From Tubiluchus corallicola (lineage: Eukaryota > Animalia > Priapulida), in the NCBI GenBank assembly GCA_030141605.1, contig JAQGDQ010000902.1, positions 1-64,000 on the forward strand: DNA of 64,000 bases, given 5' to 3'. Position 1 is the stretch's first letter, and each line of letters starts with the position of its first letter. Shown in pieces: positions 38,072-53,600 of this stretch. The translations under genes were made by a program, and so were the position numbers. Below the pieces are notes generated by a model. That model searched no databases, had not been told where the DNA came from, and saw nothing but the letters and a program-made list of their open reading frames with translations.

Positions 38072-41000
38072 CAACTACCTTCTCTGTAATAATTAATGAA
38101 AATGTTGTTTTTGGTTTTTCGATGAGTGGCATGAATATATCTAATACATCGGAAATCAGGCAATATTTTTATTTATTATTATTTACCTTTTTAGAAGCTA
38201 AAGTTAGTGCCCTGGATGGCATCCATGTACTGGTTACCAAGAGCGGTTTCTCTGTCCAAAGCCTCATGGTTACCATTGGCGACACGATTAACTTTTCTTG
38301 GGAGGAGGAAGAGGGTTGCTCAGGTCACAACATACAGCAAGTGAGTTAATAAAACATGTTTGACATATTTGGATTAGGATTATCACGATGGTAGAAGATG
38401 ATAGTCAAGGTCAAAGGTCAAATATCTGAACTCCAAAAATCGGCAAATGTGGCGAAAACGAAATTTATTGAACGAAATTTGGATGCAAAAAATGTTTGAT
38501 TTTGTTTGTTTGGGAGACACCCTTGTGAAAATAAGAATTTGTGCTTACCTTTTTATGTGCATGACTTGTAGTATGGTCTGAGGTACCTGTAGGCCTGCCT
38601 TTACTTACCGCGATATAGTATGATCTTAGCACTTTGTGACATGCAACGGACACATTCATTTAGCATCCTAGAAGAAATTGTGTTGCAAGCTAGCAATTTC
38701 AAGTTTTAATGACTTAATCTTGTGTTTACTCCAACATACTCCAATAAGCTTTTAATTGGACTATTTATCTATTTGTTATTCGTTTTTCTTCTCAGGTTAT
38801 CCACGATGGTGAGCAGTTGGTCCCAGTTGTGGGGGGAATTTCTAGCGGTCAAAAGGAACGCTCAGGAAAATTTTCTTGCACGCTACGCATGCCTGGCAGT
38901 TACCATTTTGTTACGTAAGTTTAAAAGAAAGGTCGAGCTTCCTGGGTACCTAGGCTTATTTCAACATTCAGGAAAAATATCAGAAGGATTTAGTACTAAA
39001 AGAATGATAAGTACTTCTGATAATTAATAAATGTCCAAGTGGAGGTGATAAAAAAGTATTAAACACTCCCTCTAAGACCTTGGTGAAGTGCTTCACGAAT
39101 GTTATTTGTACTTTGTGTTTGGTGAAGCTTTGCGAAAAAAAAACGAGAAAAAATCCTTATTTTTGGTACGTTGGCACCCATTTGGCATTCTCACTTTGGC
39201 ACAAAGTTTCGTGGAAATCTGCTAGGTAGGTTTTGCAGAAGAGGTTTACTGCCATGACAGACAAGTAAACAAAAAACCAAACAAACTAACTGTGTTGAAG
39301 CAGAACTTCCTTGGCAGAGCTAAAAATAACTAAAATAATTGTCCTCCATAGTAACTCTAACCCTTAACTAATATTTTACTAAGTGTGTCATTTTTTCCTA
39401 TGCCATCTTCATTGTCTATTTTTTCCTGTACCAGTTTTACCTACTTTTCCTTTTGTGCCACTTTTTCCTGTGCCTTTTTTACCATGACACTTTTTCGTGT
39501 ACCATCCATTTTTACTTGTGCCATTTTTACCGACATTCGAATTACTTTTGTGTAGCCCAAAGTACCTGAAAACACTTTTCTTGTCGGTAATGTTTCTTTG
39601 TTAAAAACGAAATTTTGTTAATGTTATTTGCTGACACGTAATTTCATTATTTTTTAAATATATTTAAGTTGGCAAATTATGTTTTTGCAGGGGTGGAGTC
39701 CGGTGCACACCATTTCAAATCATGGTAGAAGACAAGGAATTTGAACAAGTTAAGGTATGGCAGCTTTACAGCAAACTTTTCACAAGTTCCACTTGGACAA
39801 ATCCAGCTACCCAATGGTCATGTCTGAATTTTGCCATATAAAGCAGGGTTTGTTTCAGTTAGCTTGACTCCGAATTCCTAAACCGTGACTAATCTTATCT
39901 TCCGCCTGTTTATACACTTGATATATCAGTTTTAAAACTTGTCTAATCTAAACAAAATAAACTATGTTTAAACTAAACTAGAGTATACCTTGACTGAGGG
40001 GCCATCCACATATACTAGCGATATCAAGTTTAGGGTAGATAGGTGATAGGTGACGTGATAACATCATTGTAAAGCTAGGTAAATAGGTTTATTTACTCGT
40101 GATATCATTGTCTGACTTAAAATACCAGTAGAATCCACTGATGGTTTCCCGTTAATTATACAAGAGATGTTGTTACCTGTCCGTGGGAGGAGGGAGAATA
40201 AAATATACAAAAAGCTATATCATTGTGATACGGGGTAGGTAGGTGGTGGGGCATACGACGACGCCATATAACGCAAGGTAGGTAAGCCCTGGAAATCAGC
40301 TGAAAACTTGATATTGTTGTATGTGGATGGCCCCTAATGGTGCTAACTCTGTATGGAAGAGTATTGATTTTTGCTGCTTGTGATAGATGATTACACAGTG
40401 CTGTGTGCGTGGGTACAAACACTTTAACTTTCATATAATGTAAAACTTTTAAAAACACGTACATATGTACAATAAAAGCACAGTGCAATAAGTACAGAAC
40501 ATCAAAGAAAAACTGTTATCTGATTCCGTTTTTGTTGAATTAGCTGTTAATGCTGCTGCTACTGTTATTGCTGTAGTGTGAACTGAACTTATTGTTAACA
40601 GTAAATAAATTCCGTACAAGGATTGCTAATGGTAAAAGCCAACAATGTTCTGGACAAATCTGCACGCATCGTTTATTACCTCATTAATTAATGAGGAGGC
40701 TGCGCTATTCATCACCGTGCTGACAGTCGTGGTCGTTATACTCGTTAACGGTACCTGTCTATAACTCCATCTGAAGAATCCGGGTTCTTGTGTACGGAAA
40801 ATAAATCTCTGATGCATAGTGTTAGGCTTCTTTTGAGAAAAACTTTTTCCTGAAATAGGTTCAACACAATTACAAAGTTTTTTCAATTCCCAGGGCTGCC
40901 TTTATTTGGAACTTTTTACTTTTATGCTTTTCTTTATTTGTAAAGTGGGACTGCATTGCCCTCGAGGTTATCTTTCACGGGGCTGCTTTTACTTGAATTT

Positions 41001-41572
41001 CATTTGCAATATCACACTTCCTTGTTATTATTAAAGGGCACTTGTACATAAATTTATTGCTATTGAGTTTTATGAAGCAAAAGTTTAGGAAGACTGCATG
41101 TGTATAGCATAATTCTGACAGAAAACCATCTTGCTCTGTTCTTTTGGAAGAAAATAATCAGACAGAGCTCAAAACCTGAATTTGCATATGCATCTCAGCC
41201 TACTAAAGCAGCAGCTTGCTGTAAGAAAACTTTCGCTGGGGTCACTAAAGAAGCAGCTCAGTGAAAGAAAACAGGTCAGAGTTGCACAGTATTGCATGGA
41301 ATTTTAATTTCTGCATCATTGACCACCATTGATTCTTTAGGGACAATTAAATTTATTGATTTGCCAAAGAAAAGCTTTAATGGCATTCATTAGTATGCAT
41401 TCTACTTATTTGGTTCTCTCTGTTTCCATGGTGATTGTGCACAGTAGAGATAGATATATGTTACTACAGTCAAACCTCTTTATACCACTTACTTTGCATT
41501 AATACATACATGTTTATGCAAATACAGATACTTCGTTTTGCTAAAAATTTGGGTACTAAGTGAGTATGGGTA

Positions 41573-41605
<33 letters not shown>

Positions 41606-44600
41606 ATTACAGAACTGAGTAAACTATGAATTTTACTTTCATGGTTTTGAGCCAGTAAGTTATATTACTACTAAGCATGTGTTCCTAATCAGAGGAAACC
41701 ATGTTCTTTCAATTTCTATGTTCATTGATCCGCTTAGACTCAACTTCCAAATCCAAAATATTATTCAATGCCTGCATGTTCAATAGTTATTGAATGTTTA
41801 TTCAAGAATTTTGTGATAATTCATTTTAATGTATATATGATGGTAAATTAAAATTTAGTGGAGTGAAGCTAATTAAATTTAGTGTTGTACTGCACTGAGG
41901 ATGTTGTGAGCTAGGGACACACCACTGAGGACTTTGTGAGCTGGGGACACCCCACTGAGGGAGTGTAAGCATGGGACACCCACTGAGGGAGTGTGAGCTA
42001 GGGACACCCCACTGAGGGAGTGTGAGCATGGGACACCCCACTGAAGGAGTGTGAGTGTGGGCACCGCACTGAGGGAGTTGTGAGCTAGGGACACCCACTG
42101 TTGGGAGTGTGAGCATGGAGCACCCCACTGAGGTGTGAGTGTGGGCACCGCACTGAGGGAGTTGTGAGCATGGGCACCCCACTGAGGGAGTGTGAGCTAG
42201 GGACACCCCACTGAGGGAGTGTGAGCATGGGCACAGCACTGAGGGAGTTGTGAGCTAGGGACACCCCACTGAAGGAGTGTGAGTGTGGGCACCGCACTGA
42301 GGGAGTTGTGAGCTAGGGACACCCACTGTTGGGAGTGTGAGCATGGAGCACCCCACTGAGGTGTGAGTGTGGGCACCGCACTGAGGGAGTTGTGAGCATG
42401 GGCACCCCACTGAGGGAGTGTGAGCTAGGGACACCCCACTGAGGGAGTGTGAGCATGGGCACAGCACTGAGGGAGTTGTGAGCTAGGGACACCCCACTGA
42501 AGGAGTGTGAGTGTGGGCACCGCACTGAGGGAGTTGTGAGCTAGGGACACCCACTGTTGGGAGTGTGAGCATGGAGCACCCCACTGAGGTGTGAGTGTGG
42601 GCACCGCACTGAGGGAGTTGTGAGCATGGGCACCCCACTGAGGGAGTGTGAGCTAGGGACACCCCACTGAGGGAGTGTGAGCATGGGCACTAGGGACACC
42701 CCACTGAGGGAGTTGTGAGCTAGGGACACCCCACTGAGGGAGTGTGAGCATGGGCACAGCACTGAGGGAGTTGTGAGCTAGGGACACCCTCTGTTGGGAG
42801 TGTGAGCATGGGCATCCTAATGCGAGAGTATGAGCAGGGGGAAAATAATTAATTAATTGGTCTAACTTGGTGATAACAATGTACGGGCCTGTAACACTGC
42901 TTAATGTGCAGAGTATAGAGTTGATTTGTAGTGACTGCAACAAGCTATGATATAAATGAAGCCAAACTGAATGGCACCGGAGGATTTGTCATTATTGTGA
43001 ATTGGTATGTTATTCTGATCTTTTTGGTGAATGATGGAGTTCAAACTAAACTACGATTTAAAATAATATTGCAATGATGCTGGGTTCTCACCACTGGTGG
43101 TTCTGATTGGTCGCTCGCCTAGTCACTTTGTTCCCTCATATTTTGGATGCTTAGCGGTACAGGTTCAATGCCAGCATCGTGAAAACTTTATAAAAACAGG
43201 TACAGATTTGTAGAAATAACTCGCCAGGAAACTTGTCCTGTGTATTTCATGTTGCCTTCGCTTATGGAACAGGTGCTGTGACCGCAAAAACACCTGTCTA
43301 TTTAGCTGCTGAATCGACACGGCTGTTCCATATCAGTAGCTTTATGTCTGATATGCAATGGTTTTGTAATTGATCAAACCATTGCAATGCGACGGGGGGG
43401 GGGGGGGTGAAACTAAATGGGTTTTCGCAATGGTAATTATATTAAAAAGTCTGTAACATGCATCTAAATTATTGATTTTTGTTTCGTTGCTCCTGGATAA
43501 CGACTTAGATAACGATTATTATTATTAGATTATATGTTACCTCTAGTTCGGCTGATTGGAAATGGCATGAGGTTGTGTGTTCAAATCCTGGTGAAGAAGA
43601 AATTCAAAGCATTTTGTATAAATCCATTTTGTATATATGATTTTGTCATACAGCTGGTGCCTTAGAATTATAATCTATATAAATTGAGTGTTGTCACTCC
43701 TCACTCTCCATTGTTTCCCCTGTCATTTATTGTTTCGAATGAATGAGTAAGTCTTTCCATTGTCTATAAGTAATTGGTTGGAGTTCAAAGGTTACGCAAA
43801 AATATTCTAAATAATTTCACTGCTACAGCCCATTGTTTTGCATTATCAGGCACATTGTTTTGAACTGACATTGCCGATCTTGATATTTTGAACTGATTAT
43901 AGGTGGATGATGATGGGTTTAAACCAAATAAGGTAAAAATAATGAGAGGTGACAAGGTGAAGTGGTACTGGAATGAGTGCGAGTTCCCACATTCAATCAT
44001 AGAGCTGAAATACTGCAGTCGACACAAGAGTTTCACTAAGCAAGGAACTCTGCCTACAGGGTGAGTTGTTTTATATGTACTTATTATCCATAAATTTATT
44101 TACATATATCCATTTATTTCATACATATGTAGTACATTTCACTCAAAGACAATATAATTAAGATAAAGACACTGAGTGAACAGAGTTAGTAAAAAACACA
44201 AGAGTTACAATAAATTAAGTACATAGCAAGGGTTGAACATATATACAAGCATGACAGGTATAGGTAAAATCTGTACTCAAAAAGCACAGTAATCCTAAGG
44301 CAAAAAAAATTGTACACTCCCTGCATATATGATTAAAAAAGTTATGTTATAGCTATGTATGACAACAAATTATATAGATCTTCCCTTTCTAGGAATGTGG
44401 GCTATGTATTTGGGAATTTCACAAAGGTACTTGTAGTTACTTATTGTATATAAGTTATAATTGTTCTTTGTTGTTTAGCCTAATCATGATATTGTAATAG
44501 CTTCCATCTGCTTTGTGAAATGATCTAAATAACTAGTCTGGAATGCAAAGATTTGTGTCACTCATTTCCTCAAAGTTTTTCATTTTTGCCCACTTTACTC

Positions 44601-47600
44601 GTTAGAATGAGTTAAAATGAGCATGTGCCAAGAAATTAATTTTTTGGTGTCAATACTTATATTGTTGAATGTAATTTTTCATACTTATATAGTAATTTAA
44701 AGTACATACAAGCAGATATTTGTAGAACATATCTAAGTGATCTGCACAAATAGTTATAAGCATATATAAAATTAGTGATTAAGGCAAAGTATATAAAATT
44801 AGTGATTAAGACTAAGTACTAGGGGAATTTTACACAATTTCACATTGAAAGAGTTACTTTTGCTTGTTTAGTATTATTTGTGTTATAAACTGGGTCTGGT
44901 ACACGAACTCATACATTTGCTATAAAATGTCATTATTTTTTAGATCATTTGAGAAAACAGAAAGAACCCGTGAGGTTGTCATGATTCTAATAAGTAATTA
45001 TCATGCAGCCTGGTAATATGTGCTGTATTGTACAGAAAAGAATAATGACCATGCAATGTACTGATGGTCACCTAAGTTTATGTAAGGAGTTGTGAGATGA
45101 CATGCCTCTTTAGTTTAATTTATTTGCATACCAAGTCAGTAGTGATGAGCAAATTAGAAATTTTGTAATTCGATTATAATCTTGTTCTTGTAATTCAATA
45201 TCACAATTAATCTTTTGCGATAATTATTAGTGTTTTAGTGCTCACTGAAATAGAGCCTATAAACTTGTTTATGGCTTTTGTCGTTGTCTGCCATTTTCAT
45301 ACTCACGAGCTATTTTTATAGACAAGCACATTCACTAAACTCATCGTTTACTATGTCATTATGCGCATCACATGCCAACGAATTTGAAACCCCGGTTTGC
45401 AACACTGTAGTTTGCAATTGTGTGCATTGTGTAAGGCGAGAAAAATGAAGAAAAAATGCAAGTTTCTGCTTGTTTGTGCTAAAACCCTGCTTCTTTTACT
45501 CAGTGTGTAACACGTATATTTCACTCTCAATTAATTGAACTACTGTTCAATCACTGATTATATCCACTTATACCTGGTTGCAATCAGAATTAATTTGATT
45601 AATCTATTAATCACCCATCAGTAAAGACCAGTGTTTTTATTAATCATTTTTTGACCGCAATTTTAGCTCAACCACATGTGCTACTATTGTCTTCCCTTAT
45701 TGATCATTTTTTGACCGCAAGTTTAGCTCAACCACATGTGCTACTATTGTCTTCCCTTATTGATCATTTTTTGACCGCAATTTTAGCTCAACCTCATGTG
45801 CTACTATTGTCTTCCCTTAATGGGCAGCAATAATAAGCAAACTCAAATGCCCGGTTGATGGCTTTGCTGTAAGGACAATATATGCTAGCTAGCTTAAGCG
45901 TACATTAATGGCCTACGCTGTATTGTTTAACCTACAATCCAGACGTCACATTAAGTATGAATATTGACAAATCCTTAATTGGTATTTATGATGTGAATGC
46001 CTAGTGTTGTGTGGCTCTTGTACGTAAGCAGTCAATTGACTAATTCCTGGGTGGGAGTGAGTTATTAAGTATTAAGTATGAGTAATTGCTTGTTTGTGCT
46101 ATTAAGTGTGTAATTTTGTAATCTGTTGTGTGGCTAGACAATTTCTCATCAAATATCAATGTATTTTCTTCATTTTTATACCTAATAACTTATGTAATTA
46201 GAAAAGAAAATTCTTAACAATTAAAAAATATTCACACAACCTGGTAAAATGGGACAGTCATTATCCCAGTGTGCACGACTTAATAGCCAAAAAACAGGTT
46301 ACTGATCTCAGTGACAATATAAAGTAATTTAAACTGTTGCTTAGTTAGTGAAATGTGAGTTATGAATGCTCTAATTATTACTCCTAAACTTTAAATAATG
46401 TTATTTAAATTTTTTTCAAGTGACTTACATTAAAATAGCTGCACGTAGCTGTGATCACGGTACTTTAAATTTACAAGTTTGTTATCATTTCGTTGAATAA
46501 TAACAAATTTATAACAGTTTTTATTAAAAATTAACACATATTGCTGCATGATCAGATCTGTGTCACTGCTAGTGCGAAGTAGATGAAACTTTTTTATTTT
46601 TTAATTAAAAATTTAAAAAATTGTTGTTTATTGTGGGAGATTTGACATATTGATGTCATTCCTTGCTGCACTTAACCAAATGAAAAAGATCTTTGTAAAT
46701 AAGCTTAAAAAAATTTGTCTTGAAATTTTATATGCATCACTTCCATGCTGTTATATTGCATAAAGTGCTTGCATTGGCAGTAACGCTGTAAAAACTTGAA
46801 AATTTAAAGTACTGTGATGACAGCTAGGTGCAGCTATTTTACTGTAAGTCACTTGAGAAAAATTTAAACAACATTGTTTAAAGTTTGAAGTAATAATCAG
46901 AGCATTCTTAACTCACATTTTATTAATTAAGCAAAAGCTTAAATTACTTTATATTGTCAGTAAGATCAATAATGTGTTTTTTGGCTATTAAGTGGTGCAC
47001 ACTGGGATAATGATACTGTCTCATTTTACCAGGTTGTGTGAATATTTTTTAATTGTTAAGAATTTTCTTTTCTAATTACATAAGTCTTTCAAACTGGTAA
47101 GCGCAATCCTAAGTAATGTAATTTTGTAGGGAAAATTTTATGGGACATTAAAATACATTGTAAATTACATTAAAATAAATATGTGTACATATTTGGGACA
47201 TATACGTAAAAATCTCCTTTTAGTTCTCTTTAAGATTAAGAATTTAAAAAATTATCATTATCTATATTTTTGTGATGGAGTTGCATTTTGCTCTGTAACA
47301 GTTGCAACATTATTTGCTCACAACTTGAATGCAAGTGTTGTTTATTAACATTTCCCTGTTTATTTTTCGTATTTACAATTGACAGTTTTTTAATACAGTT
47401 TTTGTTCTTTTATATTTTGTACTGATACGCTTTTCTTAACATTTGTCTAAGTTAAATTCCTTCAAAGTTTGTTTAAATTGGGAAAGACAGACAACCAGAT
47501 AGGGGGAAACATACAAGTTAGTTGTAGTATTAAACATTTATTCGTAAAATATTTAAAGTCTCAAGTAATTTATATAAATGAGAGTACCTTCTTAAGAACT

Positions 47601-50600
47601 TATTTCGATAAAATTATGACATGAGTTTAACAATTCTGTTTCCTTTCTGTGTTTTGTTTCAGGAGTGCCAGTCTTGCCGTACAGTCTGGGTATTTCCTCA
47701 GAGAATTTCCGTAAGTTGCATAAAGGCAGGCTTAAGTTGACCTGGTGACGCAACCCAACTGGCGACACACGGTACACCGCTATATCCAGTCGACATAAGC
47801 AAGCTTGCGAACGAAGCAATTCAATGCAAAATCACTCGGCTCCAACGATAATTGTGGTCTAATCAGAGATTTTTTTCATTCGCATACGTTCACTCAAGCA
47901 GTGTTGTAACTCGTGAGAACTCGAATCATCCTAGTTGCTGGAAATCATTCGCATGTTGACCTGAGAATACGTCTATGATAGTTTCCTGTCAGTTGAAGCG
48001 AGTTACGTTGCGTAGCAGGTCGATCTAAGCTTGCATTTAAGAACAATCATTAATTGTAATGTACTCATTGTAGATTAAACGATGACAATTATGACGATTT
48101 AACGCCATTTTGTAAAGATTACTTACTTGTGGTTGTAAAAGAAATTCAGGAAATATGGTTCCACCACAGTCATTTTGCTATAAACACACCCTCCTATTAT
48201 CACAGCATATATCCAAATCTAGCAGTACAAGATTGTGAAACCCAGAAGAAATGCTTGTTTATATGAGTTTCACAACACACTGAAATTCAACATTCAACAG
48301 CATGGTCTACTTAACGAGAATTAATGTGCCAAGACCAGAGCATGACAGTTATTAAGGCTAATTCTCCAAGATGCAGCAAAGTTGTGTCAATTACTCATAC
48401 TCAACAAACACCTTCCTTCAATGCGAAAAATAACCAAATTCAGTATGATGAACAAAACCATCTAGAATGAGTTTATCCATCCATTTACTGACTAGATTCA
48501 GTATTGGTTAACTTTGATCATTAAATACACACCATGATCACCATTTCACTATGGCAAATATATTTCAATTGAGCCAGTGGGCAGTTTTAATTGTTGTAGT
48601 TTTTGCACACTGAAAGAAGACGTTGTTAAAGTCGTATTATATTGTTTTTGAATGGACTCATCAGATATTTTCATTAGTGTCAGTTTTTGCATAATTAGGG
48701 CACAACATGCAGTTTTTGTAGGAATCTTAGTGAGAAAAGGAAAACCATCCCGTTTTTTGGATACGTGTATTGGGATTTAATGCTCCTGATATTAAAACAT
48801 TTCATAGTTAAACTGAGACAAATCGACTATTTCACCTGAGAATCATTCGTTAGTTGCATAAACCTCTTGTTTTGTATGAGGACGCAGGTGGTTACTGTGG
48901 TTACAGTCATCAGTGGGAGTGTGATAAGTAACTTTACTGTACCCCCGGGATGTGATTAATCCCTATTGTCAGGTGACCTTTTGATAGGTTTATAGTCTTT
49001 GAGCAATTGAGGCTGAAAGCAGTAATATGAGATTTGTATTAAATATTCATTTACCCTAACTACTTGGAAAAAGAACATGCGCAGATGACCAAGTTTTGAT
49101 CACATTAGCAATCTCACTTTCTCGAATATCTGCAAATTCTGTTACAAACATTTTGCAGTATTGTTATTATTACTGTCAACTTTTTTCGCATCGGATAACA
49201 AACATTTATTGTACAAGTTGAATTTCGGTTAAATTTTCTGTCTTTTGTACGACTAATATCATGTAAGTTCCAGCGACTCCTCTTTCTCATTCACAGTAAA
49301 TGTGTTTTGCCCTTTAATTATTACTGAAAAGTGTGACGAAGTGATCCTATCTAGCCTCTAGCTTGTACAGACAGGAATGAGGAAATTTTCAAATTTGGCG
49401 AAGCAAGTGATGATACAAATTCACAATTAAATAAAATTTGACACCAAACTTGAAAAGTAGGAAGTGTGGAAAGGTTGGGATATGTAATTGAACCACGGAC
49501 CATCTGCTTACATTGAGAGCCTTGTGCCTTAGACTGCTTGGTTACTGTATCTAGTAGTAGAGGCAGTCCAAAGTTTATTTCTTACAGCTGGCCTAACAAT
49601 TCTGTTCAATTTTCTTTAAACTGCTCTGGTAAGGCTAACATCGTCAAATGTTGTGGCCGCTTCGTCCTTGTTCACTGTAGACATGCTTTGTTCCCTTGTC
49701 ATTTACTAATAAATGAGCTCTTACCTGATGAAAGTGATGCAGTCTAAGCAATCAGACATAATATTATCACAGTCAGACATACGATTGTCACAATTAGACA
49801 TAAGATTGTCACAATCACACACAAGATTGTCACATTCAAACATAAGATTGTCATAATCAGACATAAGATTATCACAATCAGATTGTCATTATCAAACATA
49901 AGAGTGTCTCAATCAGACATAAGATTGTCACAATCAGATTGTCGTTATCAAACATAAGAGTGTCAAAATCAGACATAAAATTGGCACAATCAGACATAAG
50001 ATTGTCACAATTGGACAAAATATTGTCACAATCAGACACAAGATTGTCACAATCAAACATAGGATTGCCATGATCAGACATAAGATGTCACAATCAGGTA
50101 TAAGATTGTCATAATCAGACTTAAGAGTGTTACAATCAGACATAAAAATGTCACAATGTGATGTCATGCTGGCAAAGTGCATGTTAAATGTAGTTATGCA
50201 TTGCTTTGGTATCTTTGAGCGACTCTTCTATACAACTGAGGCCTTACTGACACAGGGGTCACAGGGTCTGTTTGTGTATAGTTACTGATCATGCAGTTAT
50301 TATGTGTATTTCCTATTTTGCTTTTGTAGGGTTGCTGGAATATATTACTTCCAGACCGAGGGCGACTGCATAGGCAAGAATCACATCTGTGTTGTTGAGG
50401 TTCATGATGGTCAAAGGTGACATTTTGTTACAGACTTTTATATCGAGTGTCTCATAGGTCCCTCATTATTTTTGAAAAGTTAAAAGCAACTACGATAGGA
50501 TTTAAGTGACAATTTGTTGACTGAGTTTCAGACCTGCCAACTCTGATGCAATAGGCATGTGTCAAATACATTTTACGTTTTTCACATGTGCACATGTATC

Positions 50601-53600
50601 AAATTACAGTTCTAATGCATTCTGCAACTTCACAGGCAAGTTTGCAAATCACCTGGCTTCTTTTGCCATCACTCTCAATAATACAGCAGTGTTCATGAGT
50701 CTCACAATGTGTATTACAATAAAGCATATTATGATTATTGAAAACTAAGCACTTATTGCGTGTTATTGAGCTTTTTTTCATATTTATAAAAACACATTTA
50801 TATATATATATATATAAACTGATATAACAGTATAAGAAAGCCCAGTAGCACCAAAAAAATACATTAATTATTTTTATGTTTTGCCCTAATTTTTTTAAAA
50901 TTTTATTTTAATAGCCAAAAAAACCAAAAATGTTCTGGGCACAATCAGCCCACATGCAGGACCCCTGCCAGAGGTGAGTTGATACCTTGGTTCATTTTTG
51001 CATCGAATGGTTGGCGGGCCTGAAGTTCTCAGTTCGTGAGAATTTTAGTGACATAAAAGACTTCATAAGTCTACCGCAGTGAGGTTAGTTTACACTTGCT
51101 GTTGTCTGAATATTGCTATTGCAGCTTTTTCTTAAACTTTGTTCTAGAATCAGTATGGTAGCAGGAAAAACGCTGCAAATATAGGATTCAAAAATTCGTA
51201 ATAACAAAGTAAGACTGAAAAGAAAGGCAGATCGGCTAAAACAAAAATTAAAAATGAAATTAATGAGGGACTTATAAATCGCCTTGCTTTAGTTAGTAAC
51301 TAAACTATGATGCTTCTGTGAAAGAGGCGAAAAATAACAGCCAGCACACCCTCAAGGAAACACATGCTTAAGTGGGTGCCTTTTGCTTTAAGAATTCTTT
51401 ATTTAAGAATTTAACACCAGTGGGGGAAGGTTTGGAAATATTTTTGTTGCACAAATTTTTGCCAAAAATGCGTATTTTCGGTGAGTATTTTCATAAAGTA
51501 AGCATGATGTGATAGTAGTGAAACAGCTTAGCTGACTAGTATTTGATACCCATGTTTCAATGTAAACCATTCAGTTACTTTTGACAAGTCTTACATTAAC
51601 GGAGAGAAAACGTTCACTCAAATATCTCCCAAATGTTTGCATAAGTATGTAGTGTCTCTTCGTTTTAAGTTTCTATTAAGGTTTTTAGGTTTTTAAGCTT
51701 TTTCACTCATTTAATGATAAAACTTTTACTGCCTATGTATTTGTTGTATAATTGTGATTGTAAATTGATTGCAAATTACTTTATATTGTATCATATGGCT
51801 AACATAAGTGCTATGTGCCTGCTGCCATTTTCTTTTATAAAAAATGTATTTTATAAATGATGTTAATTAAAATAAAACAAAATAAGTTTGTGCTTTTTTG
51901 GAGTTTAATTAGATGAGATGCTTGGCTGTAAAATGCTGTAATTTTTTTCCACTTCGCTGGACTTTTGTGAATGTAAATATTTCGAGAATTAAGTCGCCGA
52001 ATTGATTTTAAATACTAATAGTTAAGAGCAAAGGAAGTTTATGTAATTTTTCTTTTGTATATTCTGTCTTTCTGGTTAGTAAGTTTGTATGTATTATAGG
52101 GATCACATGATAGAAGTGTTGGATCGTACATTTTCACCCATGTCAATCAGTATATGTGCTGGAGACAGAGTATGGTGGAAATGGGACAAATACAAGGTAT
52201 AGGCTTGAGTCACTCTAACTGCATGATTCATACGTATTTGTTTGAAAATATTTGGGAAAAAGTTGCTAGTGGGCATGATCACAAGCGATGTATGAGGGCG
52301 ATAGCTGCATTAGTATTTATACTTAAGTCATAAGTCATTTATTTCACATTACACATTTACAATAGTTTCATGTACAGTATATGGTGAAAGGGCCTACAAT
52401 GAACATAATACAAATAAGTTTGTTTCTGCACAAGAAAAGCCTCACACACTGTTTATGTATATATAAATGTAAATGTATTGCGGGCTGTCAAAAAGCAGGG
52501 CTTGTTAGATTGTCCCGCACTGTGAAAGAAAGAAAAGTAATGAAAATAATCTGAGAATTTGAAGTGTATCGTATGATAAAGAAAACATTTAGTGTTTCAG
52601 ATGGAATGATCATAATGAATGAACACTACAGAATTCAATTCAACTTATTTTGTATTATGTATTATGTATTTTTTGTATTCTTATCCAAAAATTGCTTAAT
52701 ATGATGTGCTGTATTTATGGTACTCATTATAAGATAAATTTTACATACTTGTAATTGTCATGTAAAATTGACGAAAGTGCAAAAAAAGTTTATTAGCTGT
52801 TACAAGAACTATCCTTTACTGAATTTTAGCAGTAGTAAAAAAGCTGTTTTTTCAAAAACATTTTGCTCATCCATTATAATTCAATTCAATTCAGTTTTAT
52901 TTGCACAAATACATACAATGTACATTGGCAAAGCTATACACTAAATATTACATAACCCGTTAAATACTTCATAAACCGGCTGTGTGCAATGTTATTTTCA
53001 TAAACAAATGTTAAGATATGGTATACTGATACCATCACATCACATGACATCACAGTTACATAAAAATTGTACAATTGTATAAAGTGGCATACCTGCAGCT
53101 ACAGCTATTAAAATCATCACAAATGACCGTTTGATTTCTCTGTTTCCGTAGCATAATTTCCATTTAAGGATTGACACCGCTTACGTTGTCATAAAGTCCT
53201 TTCTGAAGTGATTTTCATTAAAAGCATTTTATTTTATTTGTAATTAATGTTGAACTTTTTAGTTGAATTTACAAATTTAATTCTAAGTCTGTTTGGTCTG
53301 CTGTATTTACTATTTATGTAAGGCGTTATTTATAGACTTTAGTTCTTACTGCACCTCTTAATATAATTGTCAAGTACTGGGTGTTATTCATCTTAAATGA
53401 ATTGATTGATTTAATAAAAGTGCAACTTTATTCAGCATTTGGCTCAATGAAAATGGTTGATTTTAAAACTTTAACAAAAGCTAGGACAATGCCCGAAATC
53501 TTTAGCATTCTGCGCTATAAAAACATGTGGTGGCCTACCGTAAAATGTGAAACAAAACACAACAACAGCGATGAAACTAGCCTAGTAAATTGGCATTTTA

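Noticed and set aside
43545-43592. tRNA-like B-box (gtgttcaaatcc); similar at about 5180-5245
   Set aside because: No cloverleaf; at most decayed SINE heads.
50915-50973. Possible extra exon ending GAG|gtgagt
   Set aside because: At 59 nt it would frameshift exon 8; exons 7 and 8 already join in frame. At most a cryptic or poison exon.
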